Source: an uncultured Bacteroidota bacterium (GTDB lineage Bacteria; Bacteroidota; Ignavibacteria; UBA10030; UBA6906). Taken from it: a stretch of 64,000 bases of DNA. The number at the start of each line of letters is the position of its first letter. Positions within the stretch are counted from its first letter, which is position 1. Of the stretch, positions 1 through 8,818 are shown one piece after another. Location of the stretch: NCBI GenBank assembly GCA_963700635.1, contig CAVOYH010000004.1:96001-160000 (forward strand), in the 5' to 3' direction. The notes under the pieces are model-generated. The model was not told the DNA's origin. It ran no database searches and was given only the letters and a program-made list of their open reading frames with translations. Made by a program: the position numbers and the translations under genes.

Positions 1-1
1 G

Positions 2-130
2 GCAATATTTGCCCGGGACTACCCGCTGATTCTCGGTTGCACGCTTCTTGGAGGAATCGTCGTGGTAGCGGCGAATATCCTCTCCGACGTCCTCCGCGCC
101 TGGATTGATCCGCGCATCAGGATCACATAA
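2..130 (+). CDS. Oligopeptide/dipeptide ABC transporter permease (OppB/DppB family), 3' end only
   Basis: Frame 2 reads AIFARDYPLILGCTLLGGIVVVAANILSDVLRAWIDPRIRIT*, with the typical RDYP...DPRI C-terminus; an OppC-like gene follows. Confidence 0.85.
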   Translation, partial: AIFARDYPLILGCTLLGGIVVVAANILSDVLRAWIDPRIRIT

Positions 131-136
131 CTGCTC

Positions 137-1420
137 ATGAAAAGAATCCCCGTCATCCTTGCGAGTCTTTTCTTCGTGGCAGTCAGCGTGCTGCACTTTC
201 GGCTGATTTCCGCGAGTCTCACTTCCCTTGCGTCATGGTGCGTGCTGGTGGTAAGCCATCCCGGCGCGTTCGCGAGCTATTGGGTCCCACCACTCCTGGA
301 GTACTGGCTGGCCGGTGTGGCGTGGATAGGGGTGGGCTTCGGGGGCTTCCTGCATGTGATCCGGATTGGTAAACAACGGGATCACTCCAGGTCTGAAGCG
401 GACTCACACAGGTCGGCACGGGGACAGTGGTCGCGGCGCGTTATCGGGCTCGTCATATTTGTCGCCCTGACGTCACCCTTTCTCACCCCTATCGGTCCAA
501 ATGTACAGGGAAATCTCGTTACAACCCGGCTACAACCGCCCCTGTCAATGGGTTACGTGCGGGAGTATCTTGAGGAGGATGACACAAGCTCTGGATCCAC
601 TGATCGTCTACATCTGGTATTCAAACGAGCAGCCAACTATCTGCTTAATCGGACAACGCTGGTGGGCGGAAGCGCGGACAGGCTCCCGTCGGATTCCGGG
701 AGTGGAGGTGTTGTCGTCCGTGAATATCCCACCACGTTCCTGTTCGGGACCGATGATAATGCGAGGGATGTCTTTAGCAGGGTGATCGCAGGTTCGCGAG
801 TGTCGCTTGCCGTGGGCATGAGCGCTGCGCTCGGCGCATTGCTCATCGGTCTAGCGGTGGGACTCCCGGCGGGCCTGTCCCGCGGCACTGCCGGCATTGT
901 CCTTATGCGGATCACGGATGTGTTCCTTGCAATTCCGAGCCTGTTTCTTGTCATGGGAGGACTTGCCTTTGTTGGTGAGTCCATCACAACGATTATTCTG
1001 GTCCTTGCGGCGACGGGATGGATGGGAATTGCAAGAGTCGTGCGGGGAGAAGTTCTCTCTCTGCGCGACAGAGAATTTGTTCTGGCTGCAAAGATGTTGC
1101 GCGTGTCGAATTGGACGGTCATGGTACGGCATCTCTTGCCCAATCTCCGGCCTGTGATACTCACCGCCGCCGTACTGCAGTTTGCCAATGCGGTGCTGGG
1201 GGAAGCGGCGCTTGGTTTTCTCGGACTCGGTGTTCAACCACCTACGCCGACGTGGGGGAATATGATGGGGGAGGCGACGGGATATCTCGGCCTGGCATGG
1301 TGGGTGGGCGTGTTCCCCGGGGTTGTCCTGGCAACAGTCATCGTCTCTGCCCATTCGCTTGGTGAACGCACAACCATCACGGCGGATGTCGAAAGAACGG
1401 TCAAACACTCCCCACCATGA
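137..1420 (+). CDS. Oligopeptide/dipeptide ABC transporter permease (OppC/DppC family) with extended N-terminus
   Basis: Motifs FLFGTDDNARDVFSRVIAGSRVSL, EFVLAAK (EAA loop), HLLPN, EAALGFLGLGVQPPTPTWG. Confidence 0.9.
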   Translation: MKRIPVILASLFFVAVSVLHFRLISASLTSLASWCVLVVSHPGAFASYWVPPLLEYWLAGVAWIGVGFGGFLHVIRIGKQRDHSRSEADSHRSARGQWSRRVIGLVIFVALTSPFLTPIGPNVQGNLVTTRLQPPLSMGYVREYLEEDDTSSGSTDRLHLVFKRAANYLLNRTTLVGGSADRLPSDSGSGGVVVREYPTTFLFGTDDNARDVFSRVIAGSRVSLAVGMSAALGALLIGLAVGLPAGLSRGTAGIVLMRITDVFLAIPSLFLVMGGLAFVGESITTIILVLAATGWMGIARVVRGEVLSLRDREFVLAAKMLRVSNWTVMVRHLLPNLRPVILTAAVLQFANAVLGEAALGFLGLGVQPPTPTWGNMMGEATGYLGLAWWVGVFPGVVLATVIVSAHSLGERTTITADVERTVKHSPP

Positions 1421-4400
1421 TGATCAATCACCGATATCACATCGTGAACCCTCTGGGAGAGGGGGGGAATGCTCAGGTATTTCTGGTGGAAGATACGCTG
1501 GAGCGGGGCCAGCGATCCGCCATGAAAGTCTTCCACCGGCAGAGTCTGGATGCTCGTGCCGAGCTCGAGCACATCTGGAATGAAATCGCGATCCTCGCTA
1601 CGCTGCATCATCCCAATCTGGTGCACGTGTTTGATTTTGGGGTGGTACGGAGTTCTGAAGAAAAATCGCTGCTGGATCGTCGCTTTCTTACCATGGAATA
1701 TATTCAAGGCGTCAGCGCCGATGCATGGTGCCGTACCGTACCGTCCGGGCAGGACCGGGCCACACATCTCAAGCATGTTCTTCTACAGGTCCTGCAGGTG
1801 CTGGCGTATGTTCACAGGCGGGGGATTATTCACTTCGACATCAAGCCGGACAACCTCCTGGTGATCTCGGGCGGCGAATCGGGGAGCGGTCTCCCGCTTG
1901 TGAAACTGACGGACTTTGGTTTTAGCGTCCACATGGGAACGGCGCATGAACTGTCGCTGCGGGGTACTCTCGAATACACCGCCCCCGAATTGCTCCGGCG
2001 GGACCCATTTGATCATCGGGTCGATCTTTATTCGCTCGGTGTCACGCTGTATGAGCTGATGGAAGGTCGCTGTCCGTTTGAAGAGGGTAATCCTGTCGAA
2101 CTCATAAAGAAGGTCCTTACCACCAAACCTGAATTCCAGCAGTCCCTCGATCCGGCATATTCTCTCCTGCTCCCTCTTCTTAAAGGACTTCTTCACGAGG
2201 ATCCTTCCCATCGATTTGAATCCGCAGGCCAAGCCGCTCGCTTTCTTCTCCCGGAAGGAGGCGGTTTGTACACAGCGGGATTTGACATCATCTCAAAGCC
2301 GGTTTTTGTCGGACGTGAAACCGAAAAGAGCCGGATCGGCCGTGCTCTTTCAGCCCTGGGCACAGAGCATGCTGGAGAACCTGAGACCGCCATCCTCATG
2401 ACGGGACCGGAAGGAATCGGAAAAACCGCTCTTGTGTCGGAAGTGGTCCGCCAGGCGCGGACAGCAGATGTTCCGGTCGTGGAGGTGAAGCACGCTCAAC
2501 GCCATGTTCCATTCAGTGCGGCGCGTTCCCTGTTGTCGATTCTCAAAGCAGAGGTTCTCTCTCGTTCTGCACGCGGCCCAGAACTGACTGAACGATTCGC
2601 CGATGTGATTGATCCCCGTGCAGAACATGGTGACGGGGAGACGGGGGAGTTTCAAACCGGCTGGCTACTCGAACGGGAAAAGACGATTGAGTCGCAGGCG
2701 CGCTTCATCAATCAGGCCTCGCTGCTCTTTCCGGTTGTGATTGTTGTTGATGATGTGGATGTGCTGGACGGTGAATCCATGGAAGTGCTTCGAACGGTAC
2801 ACCGGGACGGCACTCCGGGGCGGCTCCTGCTTCTTTTGACGGCGCCAAGAGTAAGCGATCTCCCGTTCGCTGCAAGCGAAATCCCTCTGGGGGAACTCGA
2901 CGCCGAGACTGTTGTCGCCATGAGCACTTCGACGATATCTCCTCCCACTGTCGGGGAGGCGATAGGGCTCCGCTTGCACCTGCTGTACGGAGGAACACCC
3001 TCGATTCTCGTTGAAGCGCTCTACTCGGCTGGAAAGCTGTTGTACGGCGAATCCCTGGATGAAATTGCAGACAGGTCGGGCCTTGCAGAGAAGGTGACCC
3101 TCAAGCTTCCACGCGACCTTGACCAGTTTCTGCTCAAGCGTTACCAATCGCTCGATCGGGGACTCCAGTTGACTCTGGATGTTCTGTCATGCTTCAGTGG
3201 ATCAGCACGGCTTGAAGTGGTCGAGGCAGTCCTGCCTTTCCAGCGCCAACGGACCCAGGCATACCTCTCGTTGCTCGAAGCCCACGGGCTTATAACATCC
3301 CACGATGCTGGCAAACGGTTTGCCGTGCGTCACACAAAACTGAAAGCCCTGATCAACTCTGCCCTGCAAGATGCCAGGCCTGCCACCCATTTGTTCATTG
3401 CATCCACATTGGAGGGCATCGCCGGAGCCCGTTCGTTTGATGATCTGCAGGAACTTGCCTACCAGTACACGCAAGCCGGACAGAGTGTTGAGGCACTGCT
3501 CTGGCTTGAAGCCGCCGGGGATGAAGGAACACAGCTCTCGGCCCACCAACAGGCGGGGCAACTTTACCGGCGGGCGATGGACCTGAGTCGCCCTGCGGAT
3601 GGCGTGAGCGTTGAGCGGCTCACTGTGAAACTTGCGGAGTCGCTGTTCCGCGGTGGTGCATTTCGTGATGCGATTGAGCTTGCGACACACGTTCTCGGCA
3701 CGGAACTTCTTGATGCCACTCACACAACGGTCCTCCACAAAATTGCCGGTCTCGCACAGTCACGGTTGGGTGAGTACCGGGAGGGGAAAAAGCACATTGA
3801 GACTGCCCTTGAGACGTGCGGTGACGCTCGGGAGAACGTTGAGCTTACGCAGGAACTGGTGGGCATTGACATCGCCCTGGGCAGTTTTCTCGAAGCAGAA
3901 CAGGCCAGTATTGTTCAGCTGGATCGGGCAAAAAGCCTCGGCAATCAGCTGAGTCTGGCTGCCATCTATACGGACCTGGGAATAGCAACGTTTTTCCAGG
4001 AATTGTATGACCGTTCGATTGAGTATTTCCGTGAGTCGATGGAAATCTATATAAGCGCAAAACACCACATGCATGCCGTTGATGCACAAATGAATATCGG
4101 CAACGTGATGAGCGCAAAGGGGAGGATTGCTGACGCAATTGAATGCTGGAGTGAGGCTCTCAGACAAAGCCAGGAATACGGTACGTTGAATCAACAGGCG
4201 CAGATCCTTAACAATATCGGCATTGCGCACTTTAAACTGAAACGATTCCGGGAGGCCAGGAGTTTCTATAACAACGCAAAAACGTTGTTTCATCGTCTGG
4301 ACTCAAAACAGGGGAGCGCGTACATTCTCACGAATCTTGGTGAGGTAGGATTCGCCGAGGGGCAGTATGAGCCGGCCCTTCTGATGTGGAAAGATGCTCT

Positions 4401-5124
4401 GCAACACTATTATGAAATGCACGATAGTCTGGGGATAGTTGAGACGCTGCTCCAGCTCGCTCAGGTTCATCTTGTCCTGGGTGATGGTGTATCCGCAAGC
4501 GCGATTCTTGGAGAAGCAGAGGCTCTGGTGAAGAGCAAGAATCTAGAGAGCTTTCGGGCTCACATGCTCTTCGTGCGTGGGATGTCTCTGATGCTTCTGG
4601 GGAACCATGATGCAGCCCGGAGTGCGTTCATGGACGCAGAGGAGCGTATGCAGGAGAGCGGGGACATCGCGCAGAGGTTATTGCTCGCGGTGCGCATGGC
4701 CGAATGTGACCATCATAGGGGCGAAGTCGATTCAGCGGTGGCCCTGGCCCGTCATGCGCTCGAGTTAGGGGAAACGCACACTCAACCCAACATCATCGCT
4801 GAGGCGTGCTTGCTCCTGGGAACGATTGCGAAGGCCTCTCCATCACGCGTTCAGGAAAAGGCGCTCCTGTTGTTCCGCACGGGGTTTGAGGCAATTGCGG
4901 AAGAACCGGTAACTGAGGTGACGTGGAAACTTGCGATGGCCCTTGGAGGTGAATTTCATGCACGCGGACAAAGAGAGAAAGCGAAGGGATTCCTGTCACA
5001 AGCGAAACTGGTGCTGCAGTTTTTTCTTTCACATTTTGCATCTTCTGAGCTCAGGAATCAATATCTTGCAGCAGGAAGCAAGGATGCGGTGATGAAAAAT
5101 CTTGATTCATTTTTGACTACGTAG
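1417..5124 (+). CDS. Ser/Thr protein kinase fused to STAND-like P-loop ATPase and TPR repeats
   Basis: Kinase motifs LGEGGNAQV, AMKVF, HFDIKPDN, DFG, YTAPE, DLYSLG; FVGRE, Walker A GPEGIGKT, Walker B VIVVDDVD; C-terminal TPR-like helices (NIGNV, NNIGIAH, TNLGEV). ATGA overlap with oppC. Confidence 0.9.
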   Translation: MMINHRYHIVNPLGEGGNAQVFLVEDTLERGQRSAMKVFHRQSLDARAELEHIWNEIAILATLHHPNLVHVFDFGVVRSSEEKSLLDRRFLTMEYIQGVSADAWCRTVPSGQDRATHLKHVLLQVLQVLAYVHRRGIIHFDIKPDNLLVISGGESGSGLPLVKLTDFGFSVHMGTAHELSLRGTLEYTAPELLRRDPFDHRVDLYSLGVTLYELMEGRCPFEEGNPVELIKKVLTTKPEFQQSLDPAYSLLLPLLKGLLHEDPSHRFESAGQAARFLLPEGGGLYTAGFDIISKPVFVGRETEKSRIGRALSALGTEHAGEPETAILMTGPEGIGKTALVSEVVRQARTADVPVVEVKHAQRHVPFSAARSLLSILKAEVLSRSARGPELTERFADVIDPRAEHGDGETGEFQTGWLLEREKTIESQARFINQASLLFPVVIVVDDVDVLDGESMEVLRTVHRDGTPGRLLLLLTAPRVSDLPFAASEIPLGELDAETVVAMSTSTISPPTVGEAIGLRLHLLYGGTPSILVEALYSAGKLLYGESLDEIADRSGLAEKVTLKLPRDLDQFLLKRYQSLDRGLQLTLDVLSCFSGSARLEVVEAVLPFQRQRTQAYLSLLEAHGLITSHDAGKRFAVRHTKLKALINSALQDARPATHLFIASTLEGIAGARSFDDLQELAYQYTQAGQSVEALLWLEAAGDEGTQLSAHQQAGQLYRRAMDLSRPADGVSVERLTVKLAESLFRGGAFRDAIELATHVLGTELLDATHTTVLHKIAGLAQSRLGEYREGKKHIETALETCGDARENVELTQELVGIDIALGSFLEAEQASIVQLDRAKSLGNQLSLAAIYTDLGIATFFQELYDRSIEYFRESMEIYISAKHHMHAVDAQMNIGNVMSAKGRIADAIECWSEALRQSQEYGTLNQQAQILNNIGIAHFKLKRFREARSFYNNAKTLFHRLDSKQGSAYILTNLGEVGFAEGQYEPALLMWKDALQHYYEMHDSLGIVETLLQLAQVHLVLGDGVSASAILGEAEALVKSKNLESFRAHMLFVRGMSLMLLGNHDAARSAFMDAEERMQESGDIAQRLLLAVRMAECDHHRGEVDSAVALARHALELGETHTQPNIIAEACLLLGTIAKASPSRVQEKALLLFRTGFEAIAEEPVTEVTWKLAMALGGEFHARGQREKAKGFLSQAKLVLQFFLSHFASSELRNQYLAAGSKDAVMKNLDSFLTT

Positions 5125-5138
5125 GGGATTCGGCCACC

Positions 5139-6572
5139 GTGGCTTCACGAAAAGATCGATTCGTCATTCTGCTCTCGGGTAGAAAAGAAATCATGGAACG
5201 CGTGCGGCGGTATGTCCGTTTGACCGACGCGATGCATCTTCAGTTTGTGTCCTCGCCAAGCTATCTGTCCGGAAGGGCCATTTTCAAAACGCCGGATCTT
5301 GTGCTGCTTGACGTCACAAAAGATACGGTCATTCTCCGGTCGGCAATCAGTGAGTTTGCGTCCCAGTTCCCGGATGTACCCATTCTGGCCATGACGCGGG
5401 CGGCCGACCACTCCTTCGCGGTGGAACTTGTGAAGCTGGGTGTGTCTGCATATTTTGTCGTCCCGGATGAGCAGCGAAAAATCATGGAACAGATCACATT
5501 ATTCCACAATGAATGGATCGCCAGGAGGGCAAAAAAGAAATTTGTGGATCTGCAGAAGGAGACATACGACTTCAGACATATTATCGGGACCTCACCGCTC
5601 CTGAAAGTCACCATGGAACGGGCTCAAAAAGTCATCATAAACAGCACCATGACGGTCCTGATCACCGGCGAAACCGGAACGGGAAAGGAACTTTTTGCCC
5701 GGGCGATTCACTACAACGGGAAAAACAAGAACAGCCCGTTCGTTGATATAGCCTGTACGGCACTTCCGGAGACCCTCCTCGAGTCTGAGCTGTTTGGCTA
5801 TGAGAAAGGCGCGTTTACCGACGCGAAGGAGAGGAAAATCGGTCTATTCGAACTGGCCGGTGACGGATCTATCTTTCTTGATGAAATCGGCGATATTTCC
5901 ATTGCGACACAATCAAAACTCCTGAAGGTGATCGAAGACCGCTCGATGAGAAGAGTCGGTGGCGTTCGGGATGTCCCGGTGCGGGCACGTATTATTGCGG
6001 CAACGAGCGCTGACCTTGATGCGAAGATGCGGGCGGGGGAGTTTCGAAAAGACCTGTACCACCGGCTCAAAATACTTCCTCTTGAATTGCCGCCGTTGAG
6101 GGACAGGAAGGATGACATACCGCTGCTTGTGAAGGAATTCCTTCGGACGTTCAACCAGGCGTACAAAAAGGAGATTAAGGGGCTGACTCCCCTCGCATTG
6201 CAGGCCCTTATGGAACATGAATGGGAGGGGAATGTCCGGGAACTCAAACATTGTATGGAACGCGCCGTCCTTCTGGAAGAACGGAGCTGGATTACGGAGC
6301 AGGATTTTGACTTCGCAATCGCGAAAGCACGCCCCACGAAGCGCACACTGATTGCCAACAGTCCCGAAAGCCTGCCTCCGAAAGAAGTCGATACGCTCAT
6401 GCTCCTGATCCCCCTTGACCACGCTTCATTACAGGAAGTGCAGAGAACGTGTGTCCTGAAGGTGCTGGACCATGTGGGGGGAAACAAGATGAAGGCGTCA
6501 AAAATTCTCAAAATTTCAAGGCCACGCCTCGACCGTATCCTCAAGGACGCCGACGACGACCCTGAAGAATGA
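5139..6572 (+). CDS. Sigma54-dependent enhancer-binding regulator (atypical REC-AAA+-Fis HTH)
   Basis: GETGTGKE, ESELFGYEKGAFTDA, IFLDEIGD, FRKDLYHRL, GNVREL; C-terminal HTH GNKMKASKILKISR; N-terminal receiver-like DLVLLDVT. Confidence 0.92.
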   Translation: MASRKDRFVILLSGRKEIMERVRRYVRLTDAMHLQFVSSPSYLSGRAIFKTPDLVLLDVTKDTVILRSAISEFASQFPDVPILAMTRAADHSFAVELVKLGVSAYFVVPDEQRKIMEQITLFHNEWIARRAKKKFVDLQKETYDFRHIIGTSPLLKVTMERAQKVIINSTMTVLITGETGTGKELFARAIHYNGKNKNSPFVDIACTALPETLLESELFGYEKGAFTDAKERKIGLFELAGDGSIFLDEIGDISIATQSKLLKVIEDRSMRRVGGVRDVPVRARIIAATSADLDAKMRAGEFRKDLYHRLKILPLELPPLRDRKDDIPLLVKEFLRTFNQAYKKEIKGLTPLALQALMEHEWEGNVRELKHCMERAVLLEERSWITEQDFDFAIAKARPTKRTLIANSPESLPPKEVDTLMLLIPLDHASLQEVQRTCVLKVLDHVGGNKMKASKILKISRPRLDRILKDADDDPEE

Positions 6573-6608
6573 TGTAACGTCCTGGATGAGCGAGTGTAAC
6601 GTTTTAGA
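6573..6608 (+). promoter_or_regulatory. Putative tandem upstream activator sites (UAS) for the sigma54 activator
   Basis: TGTAACGTCCTGGA (6573-6586) and TGTAACGTTTTAGA (6595-6608), 22 bp apart, about 120-155 bp upstream of a -24/-12 element. Confidence 0.5.
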
Positions 6609-6727
6609 GCATCACTTGACCTGCGTCACCTCATTCCCTGCCTCCCCCGAAACCACGAATTTTCATCCCGATCGCCGATCTGGCCCGGCATGCTCCATTT
6701 TGTACAATTCTCCACGATGACCTTTTG

Positions 6728-6743
6728 TGGCACAAAGGTTGAT
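6728..6743 (+). promoter_or_regulatory. Putative sigma54 (-24/-12) promoter
   Basis: TGGCAC-AAAGG-TTGAT versus consensus TGGCAC-N5-TTGCW; correct spacing, GA instead of GC at -12; just downstream of a sigma54 activator gene. Confidence 0.6.
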
Positions 6744-6920
6744 CTCTTTACCAGCAGACGCAATCGTGAGACCATACGAAAGTCACTCTTGAGCGGAAAT
6801 CGGTATTCAGTCAAAGCGGAGGGCACAATGCAAGAAGAGGACCAACACATTATCATCAACAGATTCACGCGCTTCATCCAGGCTCTACACATCGATAGAA
6901 GTATCAGAAGGAGTAAAATC

Positions 6921-7520
6921 ATGAACTTTTCAACTGTGAAAGCGGGCTTGCTTATCGGCGCTCTGTTCGTCACCCTGTTGACGGGGTGCCGGAATGATGG
7001 TCCGGTGGGCGTGGAAAACGCCCCATCAGCCACCCAGGAGCCTGACTTCCTGAAGATGCCCAAAAACCTGTCACTCCAGAAAGTCCTTGAATCGTCGGCA
7101 CTGATAACTCCTGAGGATGGCGGACAACTCAAGCTGGAATTTAAGTATGACTACACCACCAGCACGGGAGAAGTAAAAGAGTTGGACGTCAAGATGAAGT
7201 TGAAGTTTCCCAAAGGCGCCGTCCAACATCCGCTTGTTGCCAGGTTACGCATTGACGATGAGGTCCTGAGATCGAATGTGGACATTACGTTCAACCCGCA
7301 CGGTTCCACCTTCCTCACGCCGGCCATTCTTGACGTGGACGTGAGCGGGATGGATGTGAACGGGATGAGTCCCGATTCTCAGGTGTGGCTGTATTATGAT
7401 GAGGATGGTACGTGGGTGAAGATGGTCGCCAAAAAGGTTGAATTCAAATTCAAAGGTGGCAAGATCAAGTGCGATCATGGCGAGCTGCCGCACTTTTCAC
7501 GGTATGCGTTCGGCCGGTAG
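6921..7520 (+). CDS. Lipoprotein with ZU5-like domain and C-terminal HFS motif
   Basis: AAGGAG SD before ATG 6921; signal peptide with lipobox LLTG-C23; ZU5-like segments GGQL, LKFPKGAV, FNPHGSTFLTPAIL; ends ELPHFSRYAFGR*. Confidence 0.75.
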   Translation: MNFSTVKAGLLIGALFVTLLTGCRNDGPVGVENAPSATQEPDFLKMPKNLSLQKVLESSALITPEDGGQLKLEFKYDYTTSTGEVKELDVKMKLKFPKGAVQHPLVARLRIDDEVLRSNVDITFNPHGSTFLTPAILDVDVSGMDVNGMSPDSQVWLYYDEDGTWVKMVAKKVEFKFKGGKIKCDHGELPHFSRYAFGR

Positions 7521-7570
7521 GACCAACACATCAACCAATCACGGTGATTCGGTCTCACAACAGCGAAACA

Positions 7571-8818
7571 ATGAAAACAGAAACCGTCACAAAACAGATC
7601 CTCGGCATAGTCAGCGCTTATTGCGAGCCGAATGTGGTGACGGGTCTCGTAAAAGACCTGCGACGATCGGACGCGCTTGAGCATAGAATGTTGGCGGGAA
7701 AGAGCGGCGGCCACATACGTCGGAAGGACCGGGACCTCGTACTGGAGGAGCAGGGAAAACTGGATCGTTTGATTACGCTCTGTCAAGAACGGCTAAGAAT
7801 GGAGGACGTGTGTCAGGTGTTGCTGGGCATCGGGGACGTCTTCAAGGTTCACGGCGAGACACACCGGGCTGAGGAGCTGTACTCGATGGTTGTTGCGCAG
7901 GACGATCCACATCGGAAGAATGGGGTTGTCGCGGAAGCGTACCTGCGCCGTGGAGAAATATACTCCCGCAGAGCCCAGTGGAAACAATCCGCCTCCGACC
8001 TTGCCCGCAGCCGCGCGATTGTCTCAGAGTTGAACGATTTTGAGGCCCTTGGCCGGGTTGACAACATTCTTGGCACGAACCATGCGGAACAGGGGAAGAT
8101 CAATAAGGCCATAGAATTCTTCGAACGTGCCTTCAAGCAGTTCGAACACACCCGGCAGACACAGATGGCTGGCGTTGCGCTGATGAATCTCGGCATTACG
8201 TACAACATGATCGGTGAATACGACTCCGCCGTGACCTACTATACGCGGGCAAAATCCTATTTTGAGAACGTCGGCGATGTGAATCGGCTTTCGGAGGTGC
8301 ATCACAACACGGGAATGACGCATCTTTCCAGACGGATGTTCAAGGACGCAATCGGGGAGTTTAATACGAGTTACATGCTGTCGGCGTCGCTGCAGAATCT
8401 GTCCCTCATGGGACTGGCAAATCTGGGGAAAGCCCATGCGTATTATCATCTTCGCGACTTCCCCATGGCAGTAAAGCTGGTAAGCCAGGCGGTCGACTAC
8501 GCTACGAAATCGGGCGATCGATTGAGTCTCGCAGACGCCTATAAGGTAAAAGGGATGATCCATCGGGAAATGCAGAGTTATGATTCCGCTGCATCATACC
8601 TCCGGACAAGCGTTCGGATAAATACCGAACTCCACAATCAGTTGAACCTGGCGGAGTCATATTTTGAGATCGGCGTGCTGGAAGTGAAACGTCAGAACAC
8701 CGACGAGGCGTTACAGGCGTTTCAGAAGGCCCGCGCCGCGTTTAAGAAACTTGGCGCCCACAAGGATGTGAAAAAGACCATGGACCAGATAGTGGCTCTC
8801 GGAGGGACCAACGGATGA
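7571..8818 (+). CDS. Tetratricopeptide repeat protein (cytoplasmic)
   Basis: Repeated TPR-like helices (NILGTNH, MNLGITY, HNTGMTH, KVKGMIH, FEIGVLE); no signal peptide; ATG 7571 preferred over ORF-track start 7469. Confidence 0.8.
   Translation: MKTETVTKQILGIVSAYCEPNVVTGLVKDLRRSDALEHRMLAGKSGGHIRRKDRDLVLEEQGKLDRLITLCQERLRMEDVCQVLLGIGDVFKVHGETHRAEELYSMVVAQDDPHRKNGVVAEAYLRRGEIYSRRAQWKQSASDLARSRAIVSELNDFEALGRVDNILGTNHAEQGKINKAIEFFERAFKQFEHTRQTQMAGVALMNLGITYNMIGEYDSAVTYYTRAKSYFENVGDVNRLSEVHHNTGMTHLSRRMFKDAIGEFNTSYMLSASLQNLSLMGLANLGKAHAYYHLRDFPMAVKLVSQAVDYATKSGDRLSLADAYKVKGMIHREMQSYDSAASYLRTSVRINTELHNQLNLAESYFEIGVLEVKRQNTDEALQAFQKARAAFKKLGAHKDVKKTMDQIVALGGTNG

Noticed and set aside
6690-6827. ORF-track N-terminal extension of the lipoprotein from 6690
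   Set aside because: It overlaps the putative sigma54 promoter and lacks an SD; the signal peptide begins at 6921.
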